A DNA stretch of 57,839 bases, taken from assembly GCA_900546315.1 (NCBI GenBank), contig URCP01000005.1, positions 1-57,839 of the forward strand, in the 5' to 3' direction. The translations under genes and the position numbers were made by a program. Every line of letters starts with the position of its first letter. Positions within the stretch are counted from its first letter, which is position 1. The notes below the pieces were generated by a model. That model searched no databases, was not told the DNA's origin, and saw only the letters and a program-made list of their open reading frames with translations. Positions 24,834-34,437 of this stretch are shown here, piece by piece. Source of the stretch: an uncultured Eubacteriales bacterium (GTDB lineage: Bacteria; Bacillota; Clostridia; Oscillospirales; CAG-272).

Positions 24834-26993
24834 ATGAAGATCATCAAACGCAACGGCTCGGAAGCCGAATTCGATAAGAACAAGATAATAAGAGCGATCA
24901 GCAAGGCGAACATCACGGTCGACGAGTCGATACGCCTGACCGGCAAGCAGATCGACCGCATCGCCGAGAGCGTGGTGCTGTCCTGTGAGCGCCTCGGCCG
25001 CTCCCCCGGCGTCGAGGAAGTACAGGACATGGTCGAACACCAGATAATGGCGCACGGAGCCTTCGAGGTCGCGAAGAACTATATCACCTACCGCTACACG
25101 CACGACCTTATCCGCCGCTCGAACACCACCGACGAGAAGATACTCTCGCTCATCGAGTGCAACAACGAGGAGGCAAAGCAGGAGAACTCGAACAAGAACC
25201 CGGTCATCAACTCGACCCAGCGCGACTACATGGCGGGCGAGGTCTCTCGCGACCTGACCGACCGCATTCTTCTCCCGCAGGATATCGTCAAGGCGCATGA
25301 GGAAGGCATCATACATTTCCATGACACCGACTATTTCGCGCAGCATATGCACAACTGCGACCTCGTCAATCTCGAGGATATGCTCCAGAACGGCACGGTC
25401 GTCACCGGGACGATGCTTGAGAGACCGCATTCCTTCTCGACCGCCTGCAATATCGCGACACAGATCATCGCTCAGGTGGCGTCAAACCAGTACGGCGGAC
25501 AGTCAATCTCGCTCGCGCATCTCGCGCCGTTCGTGCAGGTGAGCCGCGAAAAGATCCGCCGCAGCGTCATTGCCGAGTCGAAAGACTTCGAAATCCCGCT
25601 GAACGAAGAGCAGATCACGAACATAGTCGAGAGACGCCTGCGCGAGGAGATAAGCCGCGGCGTCCAGACTATACAGTATCAGGTGCTGACCCTCCTGACG
25701 ACTAACGGTCAGGCTCCGTTCGTCACCGTCTTCATGTACCTCGGCGAGGCGAAGAACGAGCGGGAGAAGAAGGACCTCGCGATGATAATCGAGGAGACCC
25801 TCGAACAGCGCTACAAGGGTGTCAAGAACGAGACCGGAGTATGGGTGACCCCCGCGTTCCCGAAGCTCATATACGTCCTCGAGGAGGACAACATCACCGA
25901 GAACTCCGAGTACTGGTACCTGACGAAGCTCGCCGCGAAGTGCACGGCAAAGCGTCTCGTCCCGGACTACATCTCAGAGAAGAAGATGAAGGAGCTCAAG
26001 GAGGGAAACTGCTTCCCTGTCATGGGCTGCCGCAGCGCGCTCTCCCCGTGGAAGGACGAGAACGGGAACTACAAGTTCTACGGTCGGTTCAATCAGGGCG
26101 TCGTCACGCTGAATCTCGTCGACATCGCCTGCTCGTCCGGCGGAAACTACGATAAGTTCTGGAAGATATTCGACGAGCGCCTTGACCTGTGCTACAGGGC
26201 GCTGATGTGCCGCCACAACCGCCTTATGGGCACGCTGTCCGACGCTGCCCCGATTCTCTGGCAGTACGGTGCCTGCGCGAGACTGAAGAAGGGCGAGCCG
26301 ATTGACAAGCTGCTTGTCGGCGGATATTCGACGATATCGCTCGGATACGCCGGTCTCTGCGAGTGCGTCAGATATATGACCGGAAAGTCGCATACCGACC
26401 CGTCCGCGACGCCGTTCGCGCTCGAGGTTATGAGACATATGAACGACGCGTGCGAGAAGTGGAAGAAAGAGACGACAATAGGCTTCGGCCTTTACGGCAC
26501 CCCGCTAGAGTCGACGACCTACAAGTTCGCGAAGTGTCTCCAGAAGCGCTTCGGCATAATCCCGGGAGTCACCGACAAGGGGTATATCACGAACAGCTAT
26601 CATGTCCACGTGACCGAGCATATCGACGCGTTCGAGAAGCTGAAGTTCGAATCGCAGTTCCAGGCGCTCTCGACCGGCGGCGCGATAAGCTACGTCGAGG
26701 TGCCGAATATGCAGCAGAATCTCGACGCCGTGCTCGAGATAATCAAGTTCATCTACGACAACATCATGTACGCCGAGCTGAACACGAAGAGCGACTACTG
26801 TCAGGTCTGCGGCTATGACGGCGAGATCGAGATAAAGGAACGGGACGGAAAGCTCGTCTGGGTCTGCCCGAACTGCGGCAACGACGACCAGAACAAGATG
26901 AACGTAGCCCGCCGCACCTGCGGATATATCGGCACGCAGTTCTGGAATCAGGGACGCACGCAGGAGATCAAGGAAAGGGTGCTGCATCTTTAA
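24834..26993 (+). CDS. nrdD: Anaerobic ribonucleoside-triphosphate reductase
   Basis: ATP-cone N-terminus, C-terminal zinc site CQVCG...CPNCG and glycyl-radical motif RRTCGYIG. The start is taken at the ATG at 24834. Confidence 0.92.
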   Translation: MKIIKRNGSEAEFDKNKIIRAISKANITVDESIRLTGKQIDRIAESVVLSCERLGRSPGVEEVQDMVEHQIMAHGAFEVAKNYITYRYTHDLIRRSNTTDEKILSLIECNNEEAKQENSNKNPVINSTQRDYMAGEVSRDLTDRILLPQDIVKAHEEGIIHFHDTDYFAQHMHNCDLVNLEDMLQNGTVVTGTMLERPHSFSTACNIATQIIAQVASNQYGGQSISLAHLAPFVQVSREKIRRSVIAESKDFEIPLNEEQITNIVERRLREEISRGVQTIQYQVLTLLTTNGQAPFVTVFMYLGEAKNEREKKDLAMIIEETLEQRYKGVKNETGVWVTPAFPKLIYVLEEDNITENSEYWYLTKLAAKCTAKRLVPDYISEKKMKELKEGNCFPVMGCRSALSPWKDENGNYKFYGRFNQGVVTLNLVDIACSSGGNYDKFWKIFDERLDLCYRALMCRHNRLMGTLSDAAPILWQYGACARLKKGEPIDKLLVGGYSTISLGYAGLCECVRYMTGKSHTDPSATPFALEVMRHMNDACEKWKKETTIGFGLYGTPLESTTYKFAKCLQKRFGIIPGVTDKGYITNSYHVHVTEHIDAFEKLKFESQFQALSTGGAISYVEVPNMQQNLDAVLEIIKFIYDNIMYAELNTKSDYCQVCGYDGEIEIKERDGKLVWVCPNCGNDDQNKMNVARRTCGYIGTQFWNQGRTQEIKERVLHL

Positions 26994-27517
26994 TGAATTT
27001 CGCGGCGATAAAACCGTCCGACATCGCGGACGGTCCGGGAGTTCGTGTCTCTCTGTTCGTCTCGGGCTGCACGAATCACTGTGAGAACTGTTTCCAACCG
27101 GAAACGTGGGATTTCGGTTACGGTGAGCCCTTCACGTCTGAGACCGAGGAGCATATCCTGAGCCTGCTTGACCGGAGCTATATAAAGGGTCTGACGATAC
27201 TCGGCGGCGAGCCGTTCGAGCCGTCAAACCAGCGAGCGCTCCTGCCGTTTGTCAGACGTGTGCGTGAGAGATACCCGGACAAGACGATCTGGATGTATTC
27301 CGGCTTCACCTACGAAGAGATGACGCGTGATGGCGCGCATCCGCACTGTGAGGCGACCCTGCCGCTGCTTGACCTTATCGACGTTCTCGTTGACGGTCGG
27401 TTTGTCGAGAAGCTGAAGAACCTGTCCCTGCGCTTCCGCGGCTCATCGAACCAGCGGCTCATCGACATGAAAAAAACACTTGCAAACGGAGAGATCGTTC
27501 TCTGGGAGAACCAGTAA
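26993..27517 (+). CDS. nrdG: Anaerobic RNR activating protein (radical SAM)
   Basis: CTNHCENC radical-SAM cluster motif. TAATG overlap with nrdD. Confidence 0.9.
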   Translation: MNFAAIKPSDIADGPGVRVSLFVSGCTNHCENCFQPETWDFGYGEPFTSETEEHILSLLDRSYIKGLTILGGEPFEPSNQRALLPFVRRVRERYPDKTIWMYSGFTYEEMTRDGAHPHCEATLPLLDLIDVLVDGRFVEKLKNLSLRFRGSSNQRLIDMKKTLANGEIVLWENQ

Positions 27518-27532
27518 AGCAGCAGAATATAA

Positions 27533-27621
27533 GGAAACACTGATTTAAGGTTGTTTTCGCGGAAAAAAGCCCATATATTCAAGCCTTTTTTTCGCGAAAA
27601 CCCGATTTAATCAGTGTATCC
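27533..27621 (+). repeat. MITE-like palindromic element, copy B
   Basis: Termini GGAAACACTGA...TCAGTGTATCC flanked by ATAA / ATAA. A 16-bp inner stem. It lies between the nrdG stop and its terminator. Confidence 0.7.
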
Positions 27622-27623
27622 AT

Positions 27624-27663
27624 AAAGCGATATCCGGATTCGTCTCCGGGTGTCGCTTTTTTT
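27624..27663 (+). terminator. nrdDG intrinsic terminator
   Basis: AAAGCGA...CCGGA-ttcgtc-TCCGG...TCGCTTTTTTT. Confidence 0.7.
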
Positions 27664-27664
27664 G

Positions 27665-27693
27665 TTGACATCCGCGGGAAGATATGATATAAT
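27665..27693 (+). promoter_or_regulatory. Promoter of the 27727 gene
   Basis: TTGACA, 17 bp, then TGaTATAAT. Confidence 0.6.
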
Positions 27694-27726
27694 GAGTGCA
27701 ATGAAATATATCACGGAGGATCTGAC

Positions 27727-28626
27727 ATGAAAAAGCTGAACGTTTCTTTTGACGGCACCGCCGACCCTACAGGATATCTCTTCTCGCTCGTGAAATGTCT
27801 CTCCGCGGCGCTCAGGTGCGGCGGGTACGCGGAGTTCGCGGACGATATCGCCGCCGCGAGCGGCTTCGCGTTCCGGATGTGGGCGGCGCCTGACCTCTGT
27901 CCGAGCGAGACGAGCATATGGGAGTTCGCGGCGCAGAAACGGTGGGTCGAAAACGGCGGGCTGACCTGCGGATACGCGGAGCGTCTATGGGGACAGGACG
28001 ACATCGAAGCCGAAAGACGTGAGACCGCGATAAAGCTGATACGCGATTCGACAGACAATGGCACAGCCGCTGTCGCCTGGGACATCAGCGGCTGTGAGTG
28101 GGGGCTTGTCACCGGATATGACGATGATACGGAGACTTTCGCGACGCTGAGGATAAACGGTCAGGAGGATACGGTCAGGTATGAAAAGCTCGGGAGGCTC
28201 GAACTGCCGATACTCTCAGTCCTGACAGTAACCGGAAAAGCTCCAAAAGCGCCGGAACAGCTCGTCGCGGACACGAAAGCGCTCGCGAAAGACCATCTTC
28301 TCGGAAACGAATGGTGTGACAACGCAAAGGGTCTCGCAGCGTATGACACTATCATGTCGTACACCGGAGGCGCGGACGCAGAGGCATGGAAGCTCATGTA
28401 TACCCTCGGAACCTACGCCGCGCTCAAGTCGTACGCCGTCAGATTTTTCCGCAAATACAATGAAGACAGGCTCGCGGAGCGGTATGAGACGATATATGGC
28501 TGCTGGAAGGACGCGTTCGACGCCGTAAAGGCAACAAGCTCCGTTTCGGAAACCACCAGAAGACTTGTCATCTCGGATCTCGGTAAAGCAAAATCCGAGG
28601 AAACTGTCGCCGTGGATGAAATGTAA
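27727..28626 (+). CDS. Hypothetical cytoplasmic protein (faint BtrH-N/DUF4872-like impression)
   Basis: 299 aa. RBS GGAGGA, its own consensus promoter. No confident domain recognised. Confidence 0.4.
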   Translation: MKKLNVSFDGTADPTGYLFSLVKCLSAALRCGGYAEFADDIAAASGFAFRMWAAPDLCPSETSIWEFAAQKRWVENGGLTCGYAERLWGQDDIEAERRETAIKLIRDSTDNGTAAVAWDISGCEWGLVTGYDDDTETFATLRINGQEDTVRYEKLGRLELPILSVLTVTGKAPKAPEQLVADTKALAKDHLLGNEWCDNAKGLAAYDTIMSYTGGADAEAWKLMYTLGTYAALKSYAVRFFRKYNEDRLAERYETIYGCWKDAFDAVKATSSVSETTRRLVISDLGKAKSEETVAVDEM

Positions 28627-28670
28627 ATAGCATGAGGGGCTGCCGCGTAAACTCACGGCAGCCCCTCTTT

Positions 28671-29630
28671 TTACCAGAATTTGAAGAGTATCCTCTGCAC
28701 CTCCGGCTCAAACATATTTTCTTTCGTAACGACGATAATCGACGTGTTGTCGACCGCGGCAATATCCTTCCCGCCGAGCAGCTCGACAGCGCTCTTGACT
28801 CCGAGATAGCCTATCGCGAACGGGTTCTGGACAATCAGCGCGTCCATCTCCCCGGTCTCGAGCATCCCGACCGAGACGACATTACTGTCAAACCCGACCG
28901 CGGCGACCTCCTCAGACAGTCCCATATCCTGTACGGCGTACCCTACGCCGAGTGTCATCCACTCGTTGAAGCCGATAATGACATTGATCTCAGGATGCTC
29001 GGAGAGCAGCTTCTTCGCGCCAGCGGTGGCGCTCTCGGTGTTCGACTCGACGTTCGCCACGGCGGCGACAGTCATCCCGTTCTCAGCCGCGAAGGCGCGC
29101 AGACCCTCCTCACGCTCACGGACATTTTCGGTCGATTCGCTGTAATTGACAAGCCCGAGAACAGCCGGTGTATCTCCGCAGAGCTCGAGCGCGGCTTTCC
29201 CCGCGAGCCTTCCCGCCTCGGTGTTGTCGGTCCCGATGAACGCGCTCACGTTTCCGCTGTCAACCCCGCTGTCTATCGTTATTATCCTGACCCCGGCGGC
29301 AGCGGCGGCGTCAACGGCGTCCCTCGTCAGCTCGTAATCTATAGCCGACAGAACAATCGCGTCCGCGCCGCGCGCCACGGCTGAGACTATCATCGTGTTC
29401 TGCGCCGACCAGTTCTCTTCGTTTTCCGGACCTATAAAGGTCACGTTCGTGTTGTACTCGACCGCGGCGGCGTTCACACCGCGCTTCACGTTCTGCCAGA
29501 AATCCGAACCGGTCGACTTCGCTATCACCGCGATATTGTAGTCCGTGGTCTTCTGCTCCCCGCCGCAGCCGAGTATTATCGCGCCGCAGGTTATCATTAC
29601 AACTACCAGAATTATTATCCTGAATCTCAT
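28671..29630 (-). CDS. Sugar-binding lipoprotein (PBP type I, RbsB/XylFII-like), probable sensor partner of the kinase
   Basis: Lipobox ILGC. Periplasmic-binding-protein pattern (IAVIAKSTGSDFWQNVKRG...). Start at the ATG at 29630, 14 nt after the kinase stop; the 117-codon arginine-rich upstream extension is rejected. Confidence 0.8.
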   Translation of the reverse strand: MRFRIIILVVVMITCGAIILGCGGEQKTTDYNIAVIAKSTGSDFWQNVKRGVNAAAVEYNTNVTFIGPENEENWSAQNTMIVSAVARGADAIVLSAIDYELTRDAVDAAAAAGVRIITIDSGVDSGNVSAFIGTDNTEAGRLAGKAALELCGDTPAVLGLVNYSESTENVREREEGLRAFAAENGMTVAAVANVESNTESATAGAKKLLSEHPEINVIIGFNEWMTLGVGYAVQDMGLSEEVAAVGFDSNVVSVGMLETGEMDALIVQNPFAIGYLGVKSAVELLGGKDIAAVDNTSIIVVTKENMFEPEVQRILFKFW

Positions 29631-29644
29631 ACTGAAAATTCCTC

Positions 29645-31372
29645 TCAATCCGGCTCTTTTGTTATCTTCGGTATTCTGACCGTTATCTTCGTCCCGACGT
29701 CCGGCTCGCTCTCGACCTTGACTCCGTAGCTGTCGCCGAAGTATATCTTTATCCGGTCGCTCACATTCTTGATCCCGATGCCGCTCGAGTCGCTGCGCTC
29801 TTTTTTCAGCAGTCCCTCGACCTGCTCCGCCGTCATGCCGACGCCGTTGTCGCTGACCGTCATGAGTATGTCGTCTCCGTCCGGTTTTACAGATATGATG
29901 ATCTCGCCGTCGTCGATCAGCGGCTCTATTCCGTGATAGATAGCGTTCTCGACGAGCGGCTGAAGAGTTATCTTGCTGCACAGATATCCGCCGAGGCTCT
30001 CGTCGACGTCGAAAGTGTACTCAAAGCGGTCGCTGTAGCGGTACTTCTGGATTATCAGATAGCTCTCGACGTGCTTCAGCTCGTCCCTTATCGGGATCAG
30101 CTCGTGCCCGCGGCTTATGCTTATCCTGAACAGCTTGCCGAGCGCTCCGACCATTCTGACCGCGCTCTCGTTCTTTCCGCGCTCGCACATCCACTGTATC
30201 GAGTCGAGCGTGTTGTAGAGAAAATGCGGGTTGATCTGCGCCTGAAGCGCCTTCAGCTCGGTTTTCCTGAGAAGAGCCTCCTCGTTCCTTATCTTCTCCA
30301 TCAGCGACTGGACAATCCACGCCATCTGACCGAAGGAGTCGGAAATGAGCTGTAACTCGGCAATGTGTATCGGCGCCGGGGAGTAGCGGTAATTCTCCGG
30401 GTGCTCCTCGAATCCACGCATAGCGCCGATCAGCGATTTCACCGGCTTCGTTATTATCTGCGAGAAGATCACGGCGATCAGCACCGCGACCCCGGCGCAG
30501 CAGAGAAGCGTCGTCAGCAGAACGCTCGAAAGTGTCCTGTCCCGCGTCGCGTTCACCTCGTCAAGATAGCTGACGCCTATGACCCTCCATCCGGTGCTGT
30601 CGAGCGTCAGTATCGTGCGCATCACGTTCCCGTCGCGCACCGTGCCGTCGTCCATGCCGGTGAGCCTCGTCACTTCCTCTTTTATAAGTCCGGAGTAGAG
30701 CATCTGCTGGCGCGGGTGATATACGAGATTTCCGTCGGCGTCAATTATGAAACAATAGCCGTGCGCGCCTATGCCTATATTGTCGACATACCCGGAGATA
30801 TCCGAGAACCTGAAATCTATCGCGACATACACGTCCTCGCCGTTAAGCGCGCCTTCCTCACGCCGCGCTATCGTCACGACCCACGGGTAGTACTCGCGGA
30901 ACAGCGTCTGGACGTGCGGAAGGGATATGGCAAAGTTCTCAGCGCTCCCAAAAAGCTCTCCGTCATACGAAAGATTTATCGACGACTGATCCTTGAGTTC
31001 ATGCCCGGAGCCTCCGACAGAAAGCGTATTCCCCTCCATGTCGTAAACACATATCGCCTCGATCGACTCCTCGAGCCGCGCCGCGACGGACAGTCTGTCG
31101 TCAAGATCAGTGATGTCCTCGCTCTTCCTGACCTCTCTGCATATGTTCAGCAGTCTGCCCTCCATTCCGTCGATAAGGTTCCCGAGAGCCATCGTCGTCT
31201 GTCTCGCCGACTGCTCGAGCGCCATCCCGGCGTCCGACTCCACGGTGCTGCTGTATATGCTTACGAACGGAATTATACTGACGGCGACCACGGCGGCGAC
31301 CGTAATGATTATCGCGACGGCGGTCAGGGTCGCGAGCCGCATTTTTTTCGTGCTGTACTCATTTGTATCCAT
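29645..31372 (-). CDS. Sensor histidine kinase (YesM/LytS-type, extracellular sensor domain + HAMP + His_kinase + HATPase)
   Basis: LQAQINPHFLYNTLDSI H-box region typical of PF06580 kinases. Two TM segments bracket a ~260-aa extracytoplasmic domain. Confidence 0.85.
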   Translation of the reverse strand: MDTNEYSTKKMRLATLTAVAIIITVAAVVAVSIIPFVSIYSSTVESDAGMALEQSARQTTMALGNLIDGMEGRLLNICREVRKSEDITDLDDRLSVAARLEESIEAICVYDMEGNTLSVGGSGHELKDQSSINLSYDGELFGSAENFAISLPHVQTLFREYYPWVVTIARREEGALNGEDVYVAIDFRFSDISGYVDNIGIGAHGYCFIIDADGNLVYHPRQQMLYSGLIKEEVTRLTGMDDGTVRDGNVMRTILTLDSTGWRVIGVSYLDEVNATRDRTLSSVLLTTLLCCAGVAVLIAVIFSQIITKPVKSLIGAMRGFEEHPENYRYSPAPIHIAELQLISDSFGQMAWIVQSLMEKIRNEEALLRKTELKALQAQINPHFLYNTLDSIQWMCERGKNESAVRMVGALGKLFRISISRGHELIPIRDELKHVESYLIIQKYRYSDRFEYTFDVDESLGGYLCSKITLQPLVENAIYHGIEPLIDDGEIIISVKPDGDDILMTVSDNGVGMTAEQVEGLLKKERSDSSGIGIKNVSDRIKIYFGDSYGVKVESEPDVGTKITVRIPKITKEPD

Positions 31373-31400
31373 GACTCTTCACCTCTCATACGTTTGTGAT

Positions 31401-32987
31401 TCAGCTCGACATCTGTGTACCTCTCCCGGTCTCGCGCATCTTCATCGGCGTCGTACCGTAATATTTCTTGAAACAATAGCTGAAATAATGCTGGTCGCTG
31501 TAGCCACACTTCTCGGCTATCTCGAGTATCTTCATCTGCGTGCAGAGCAGCATATCCGCCGCCGCCTTCATCCGCCTCTCGGTCAGCAGGGTCGTGAAAT
31601 TCACCTTGCGGTACTTCTTGATAAGCGAGCTTAAATAGTTCGGGCTGACATACAGTCTCTCGCTTATGTCCGTTAGCGACAGGGACTCGTTCTGGTATTC
31701 CGAGTCAATTATCTGCACGACATTGTCGCAGAGAAGCTCCGTGTTTTCCTTCTGATACCGCGAAATGATCCCTCTCGCGCTCATGCAGAGGTTCTTCAGG
31801 TCGTTCTGGACGTTCGGCTCGCTGTCGTAGAGGGCGGCACGGCTGTAGACCGGGTTCCCGCGCATAAGCTCTGACAGAGCCTCGTTGTCGGACACGGCGC
31901 TGACAGTACGGTATACGGTCGCGAGTATCTGTATCACGAGATAATTGAGCCCGTGCCGGTTCGAACCGATGAGAGCCGCGAGAAAGGACGACAACTCGTC
32001 CGGGCTTCCGACCTTGAGCAGCTGTTCAAGCTTATAGACGGATTTTTCGACCGTCTCGAATTCGTCCGCGCTCGAGTGCTCCTGGTCGGTGATGAAACGG
32101 ATGGGACCTCCGCCGTCGACCGTGTATCGTCTCGCCGTGATCGCCTCGAAGTACGCGCCGCCGCATTTCGAGAGCTTATCGAAGGTCCGGCTGATACCGA
32201 TCGTGCAGGTCTCACCGAGCATTCTGCCGGCGTTCTGGACAAGCTCACGCGAGGGCAGTCTCAGCGCGTCTCCGAGGTTGTCCGAGTCGCTCCTGACAAG
32301 CGAGATGATCCTTCCGTTGACGAGAAAGCTCTCCGCCGCGAGGTACCCGCGAAGAATATTGTTGACAAAATCAATATGGCTTGGTCCGGTGCAGGTGACA
32401 AGGTCCGCGTCCTTGAATTTCGCCGCTATGACGGCGTAACTGCACGAAGCGTCCGGCGTGAACAGTCCGAGCTCCGCGGCGCGGCGTCTCAGCACCTCCT
32501 CACTCGGCGAATCCTCGCCGTTTCCGAGAAGGATCGGGAGAAGGAACTCGGTGATCTCGAGCCTCTTCGCGGACAGCTCGTCCGACTCCGCCCCGCGCAT
32601 CTTCGCGAAGTACTTGTCCATTTTCTGGCGGATGTTCTCAAGCTCGGCGGAGAGCTCCGCGGCGGATATCGGCTTCAGCAGATATCCTATTATATTATAT
32701 TCGATCGCCGCCTTGGCGTAGCCGAAATCGTCGTAGCCGCTGAGTATCACGACCTGAGTCGCCGGGCGAAGCTCGCGCACCTGCTTTGCGAGCTCAAGAC
32801 CGGTCATCATCGGCATTTTTATATCTGTGAGGATAAGGTCAGGCTCGAGCTTTTCCGCGAGCTCGAGCGCGTCGATTCCGTTTCCGGCGTCCCCGACCAC
32901 GCGGAATCCCGCCTTTTCCCAGTCGACGCTCTCGATTATCGCCTGCCTGAGTTCCTGCTCATCGTCGACCACAAGGGCTGTATACAT
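31401..32987 (-). CDS. Response regulator with AraC-type HTH output (YesN-like)
   Basis: Receiver domain (VVDDE...DLILTDIKMP) and C-terminal AraC HTH (GYSDQHYFSYCFKKYYGTTPMKMR). The ATG at 32987 follows RBS GGAGGA. Confidence 0.85.
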   Translation of the reverse strand: MYTALVVDDEQELRQAIIESVDWEKAGFRVVGDAGNGIDALELAEKLEPDLILTDIKMPMMTGLELAKQVRELRPATQVVILSGYDDFGYAKAAIEYNIIGYLLKPISAAELSAELENIRQKMDKYFAKMRGAESDELSAKRLEITEFLLPILLGNGEDSPSEEVLRRRAAELGLFTPDASCSYAVIAAKFKDADLVTCTGPSHIDFVNNILRGYLAAESFLVNGRIISLVRSDSDNLGDALRLPSRELVQNAGRMLGETCTIGISRTFDKLSKCGGAYFEAITARRYTVDGGGPIRFITDQEHSSADEFETVEKSVYKLEQLLKVGSPDELSSFLAALIGSNRHGLNYLVIQILATVYRTVSAVSDNEALSELMRGNPVYSRAALYDSEPNVQNDLKNLCMSARGIISRYQKENTELLCDNVVQIIDSEYQNESLSLTDISERLYVSPNYLSSLIKKYRKVNFTTLLTERRMKAAADMLLCTQMKILEIAEKCGYSDQHYFSYCFKKYYGTTPMKMRETGRGTQMSS

Positions 32988-33056
32988 TGTCATCCTCCGG
33001 TAAATAATAAACATACAGAAAGCCCGCCGTGCGGCGTCGGCTTCATCCTATAATAA

Positions 33057-33085
33057 ATTATATCACATTTTTCGTCAGATAACAA
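33057..33085 (-). promoter_or_regulatory. Promoter of the RR-HK-SBP operon
   Basis: Minus strand reads TTGTTA, 17 bp, then TGaTATAAT. A GC hairpin plus U-tract lies in the leader (33021-33042). Confidence 0.5.
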
Positions 33086-33294
33086 TATCCGTGTTTGAAT
33101 TTTTTGCTCAATGGTATGATTTTTTACACTAAAGAGTCGAGAATAGAATTTTGAACATTCGGAGTAGTTTATTCTATTTCAATTTTTACCCGGATGCGGT
33201 ATAATATTTACACAACAAGGGAAGCAAAGACTTCCGAAAAAGGAATTCCTCCGCGGACACCCCACGGAGGCAAAATGAGAAAGGAAATCACACC

Positions 33295-34362
33295 ATGAAA
33301 AAGAAGATCCTGTCAGTAATGCTGGCGGTCCTCATGATCGTCACCGGAGCTTTCGCGATGGTATCCTGCGGAAGCGATTCGTCTAAGGGGGACGTAGCAG
33401 TCTTCTACTACACCTTCAGCGACACCTACATCTCCACCGTCCGTACCGCGATGGACAACCTCCTCAAGAGCGCGGGCTACTCCTTCCAGGACTATGACGC
33501 CAACGGCAACCAGACAACCCAGACCGAGCAGGTTCAGACCGCTATAACCAAGGGCGCGTCGGTTCTCATCGTCAACGTCGTCGACACCGGCTCGAACGAC
33601 GCCGCTCAGAACATCGTCAACCTCGCTAAGAACGCGAACATCCCGGTCATCTTCTTCAACCGTTCGGTTGATGAGTCGGTCGTCTCCAGCTATGACAAGT
33701 GCGCTTTCGTCGGAACCGACTATGAGATGGCAGGTCATATGCAGGGCGAAATGATCGGCAACTACCTCCTCGAGAACTACGACAAGGTCGATCTCAACGG
33801 CGACGGCAAGATCACCTACGTAATGTTCAAAGGTCAGGAGGGCAACCTCGAGGCTATCGCGAGAACCCAGTACGCAGTTGAGGACGCCAACAAGATCCTC
33901 ACCGCGGCAGGCAAGCCCGAGCTCGAGTTCTACGACGCTTCCAACTCCAGTAAGTACCTCGTCGACCAGGACGGTCTCTGGTCCTCCGCGGCAGCTACCA
34001 ACTACATGAGCACCATCCTCGCTCAGTTCAGCGAGAGCAACAAGAACATGGTCGAGCTTGTCATCGCGAACAACGATGAGATGGCTCTCGGCGCGATCTC
34101 CGCTCTTCAGGCGGCAGGCTACAACAACGGCGGCACAGTCATTCCGGTCTTCGGAGTCGACGCTACCCCGGCGGCTCAGGACGCTATAAAGAACGGCTCG
34201 ATGGTTGGTACCATCAAGCAGGACGGCGACGGCATGGCGAATGTCCTCGTCACCATCACGAACAACTTCATTGACGGCAAGTCGATGTTCGATGGTGTCG
34301 ACAGCGCGAACGTCGTCGGCACATGGAGAGTCAACATTCCGTATGCCGCATACCTCGGCTGA
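33295..34362 (+). CDS. mglB: Galactose/glucose ABC transporter substrate-binding lipoprotein (MglB-like)
   Basis: Clear similarity to E. coli MglB, including the Ca-loop region DLNGDGKITYVMFKGQEGN and IANNDEMALGA. Lipobox VSCG. Confidence 0.85.
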   Translation: MKKKILSVMLAVLMIVTGAFAMVSCGSDSSKGDVAVFYYTFSDTYISTVRTAMDNLLKSAGYSFQDYDANGNQTTQTEQVQTAITKGASVLIVNVVDTGSNDAAQNIVNLAKNANIPVIFFNRSVDESVVSSYDKCAFVGTDYEMAGHMQGEMIGNYLLENYDKVDLNGDGKITYVMFKGQEGNLEAIARTQYAVEDANKILTAAGKPELEFYDASNSSKYLVDQDGLWSSAAATNYMSTILAQFSESNKNMVELVIANNDEMALGAISALQAAGYNNGGTVIPVFGVDATPAAQDAIKNGSMVGTIKQDGDGMANVLVTITNNFIDGKSMFDGVDSANVVGTWRVNIPYAAYLG

Positions 34363-34384
34363 TAAGACTCAGTAAAGAATCATA

Positions 34385-34409
34385 AGGACCGCCGCCGCGC
34401 GGCGGTCCT
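34385..34409 (+). other. Intercistronic GC hairpin between mglB and mglA
   Basis: AGGACCGCCG-ccgcg-CGGCGGTCCT with no U-tract. It is a likely mRNA stabiliser or partial attenuator. Confidence 0.5.
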
Positions 34410-34437
34410 CAAATGACGACAGAAAGGAGATATCCGT

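Noticed and set aside
29631-29981. 117-codon arginine-rich N-terminal extension of the sensor SBP ORF that overlaps the kinase gene.
   Set aside because: The extension is low-complexity (R/D/Q/G) and lies inside the kinase coding region in another frame. The internal ATG at 29630 has an RBS and yields a canonical lipoprotein signal peptide.
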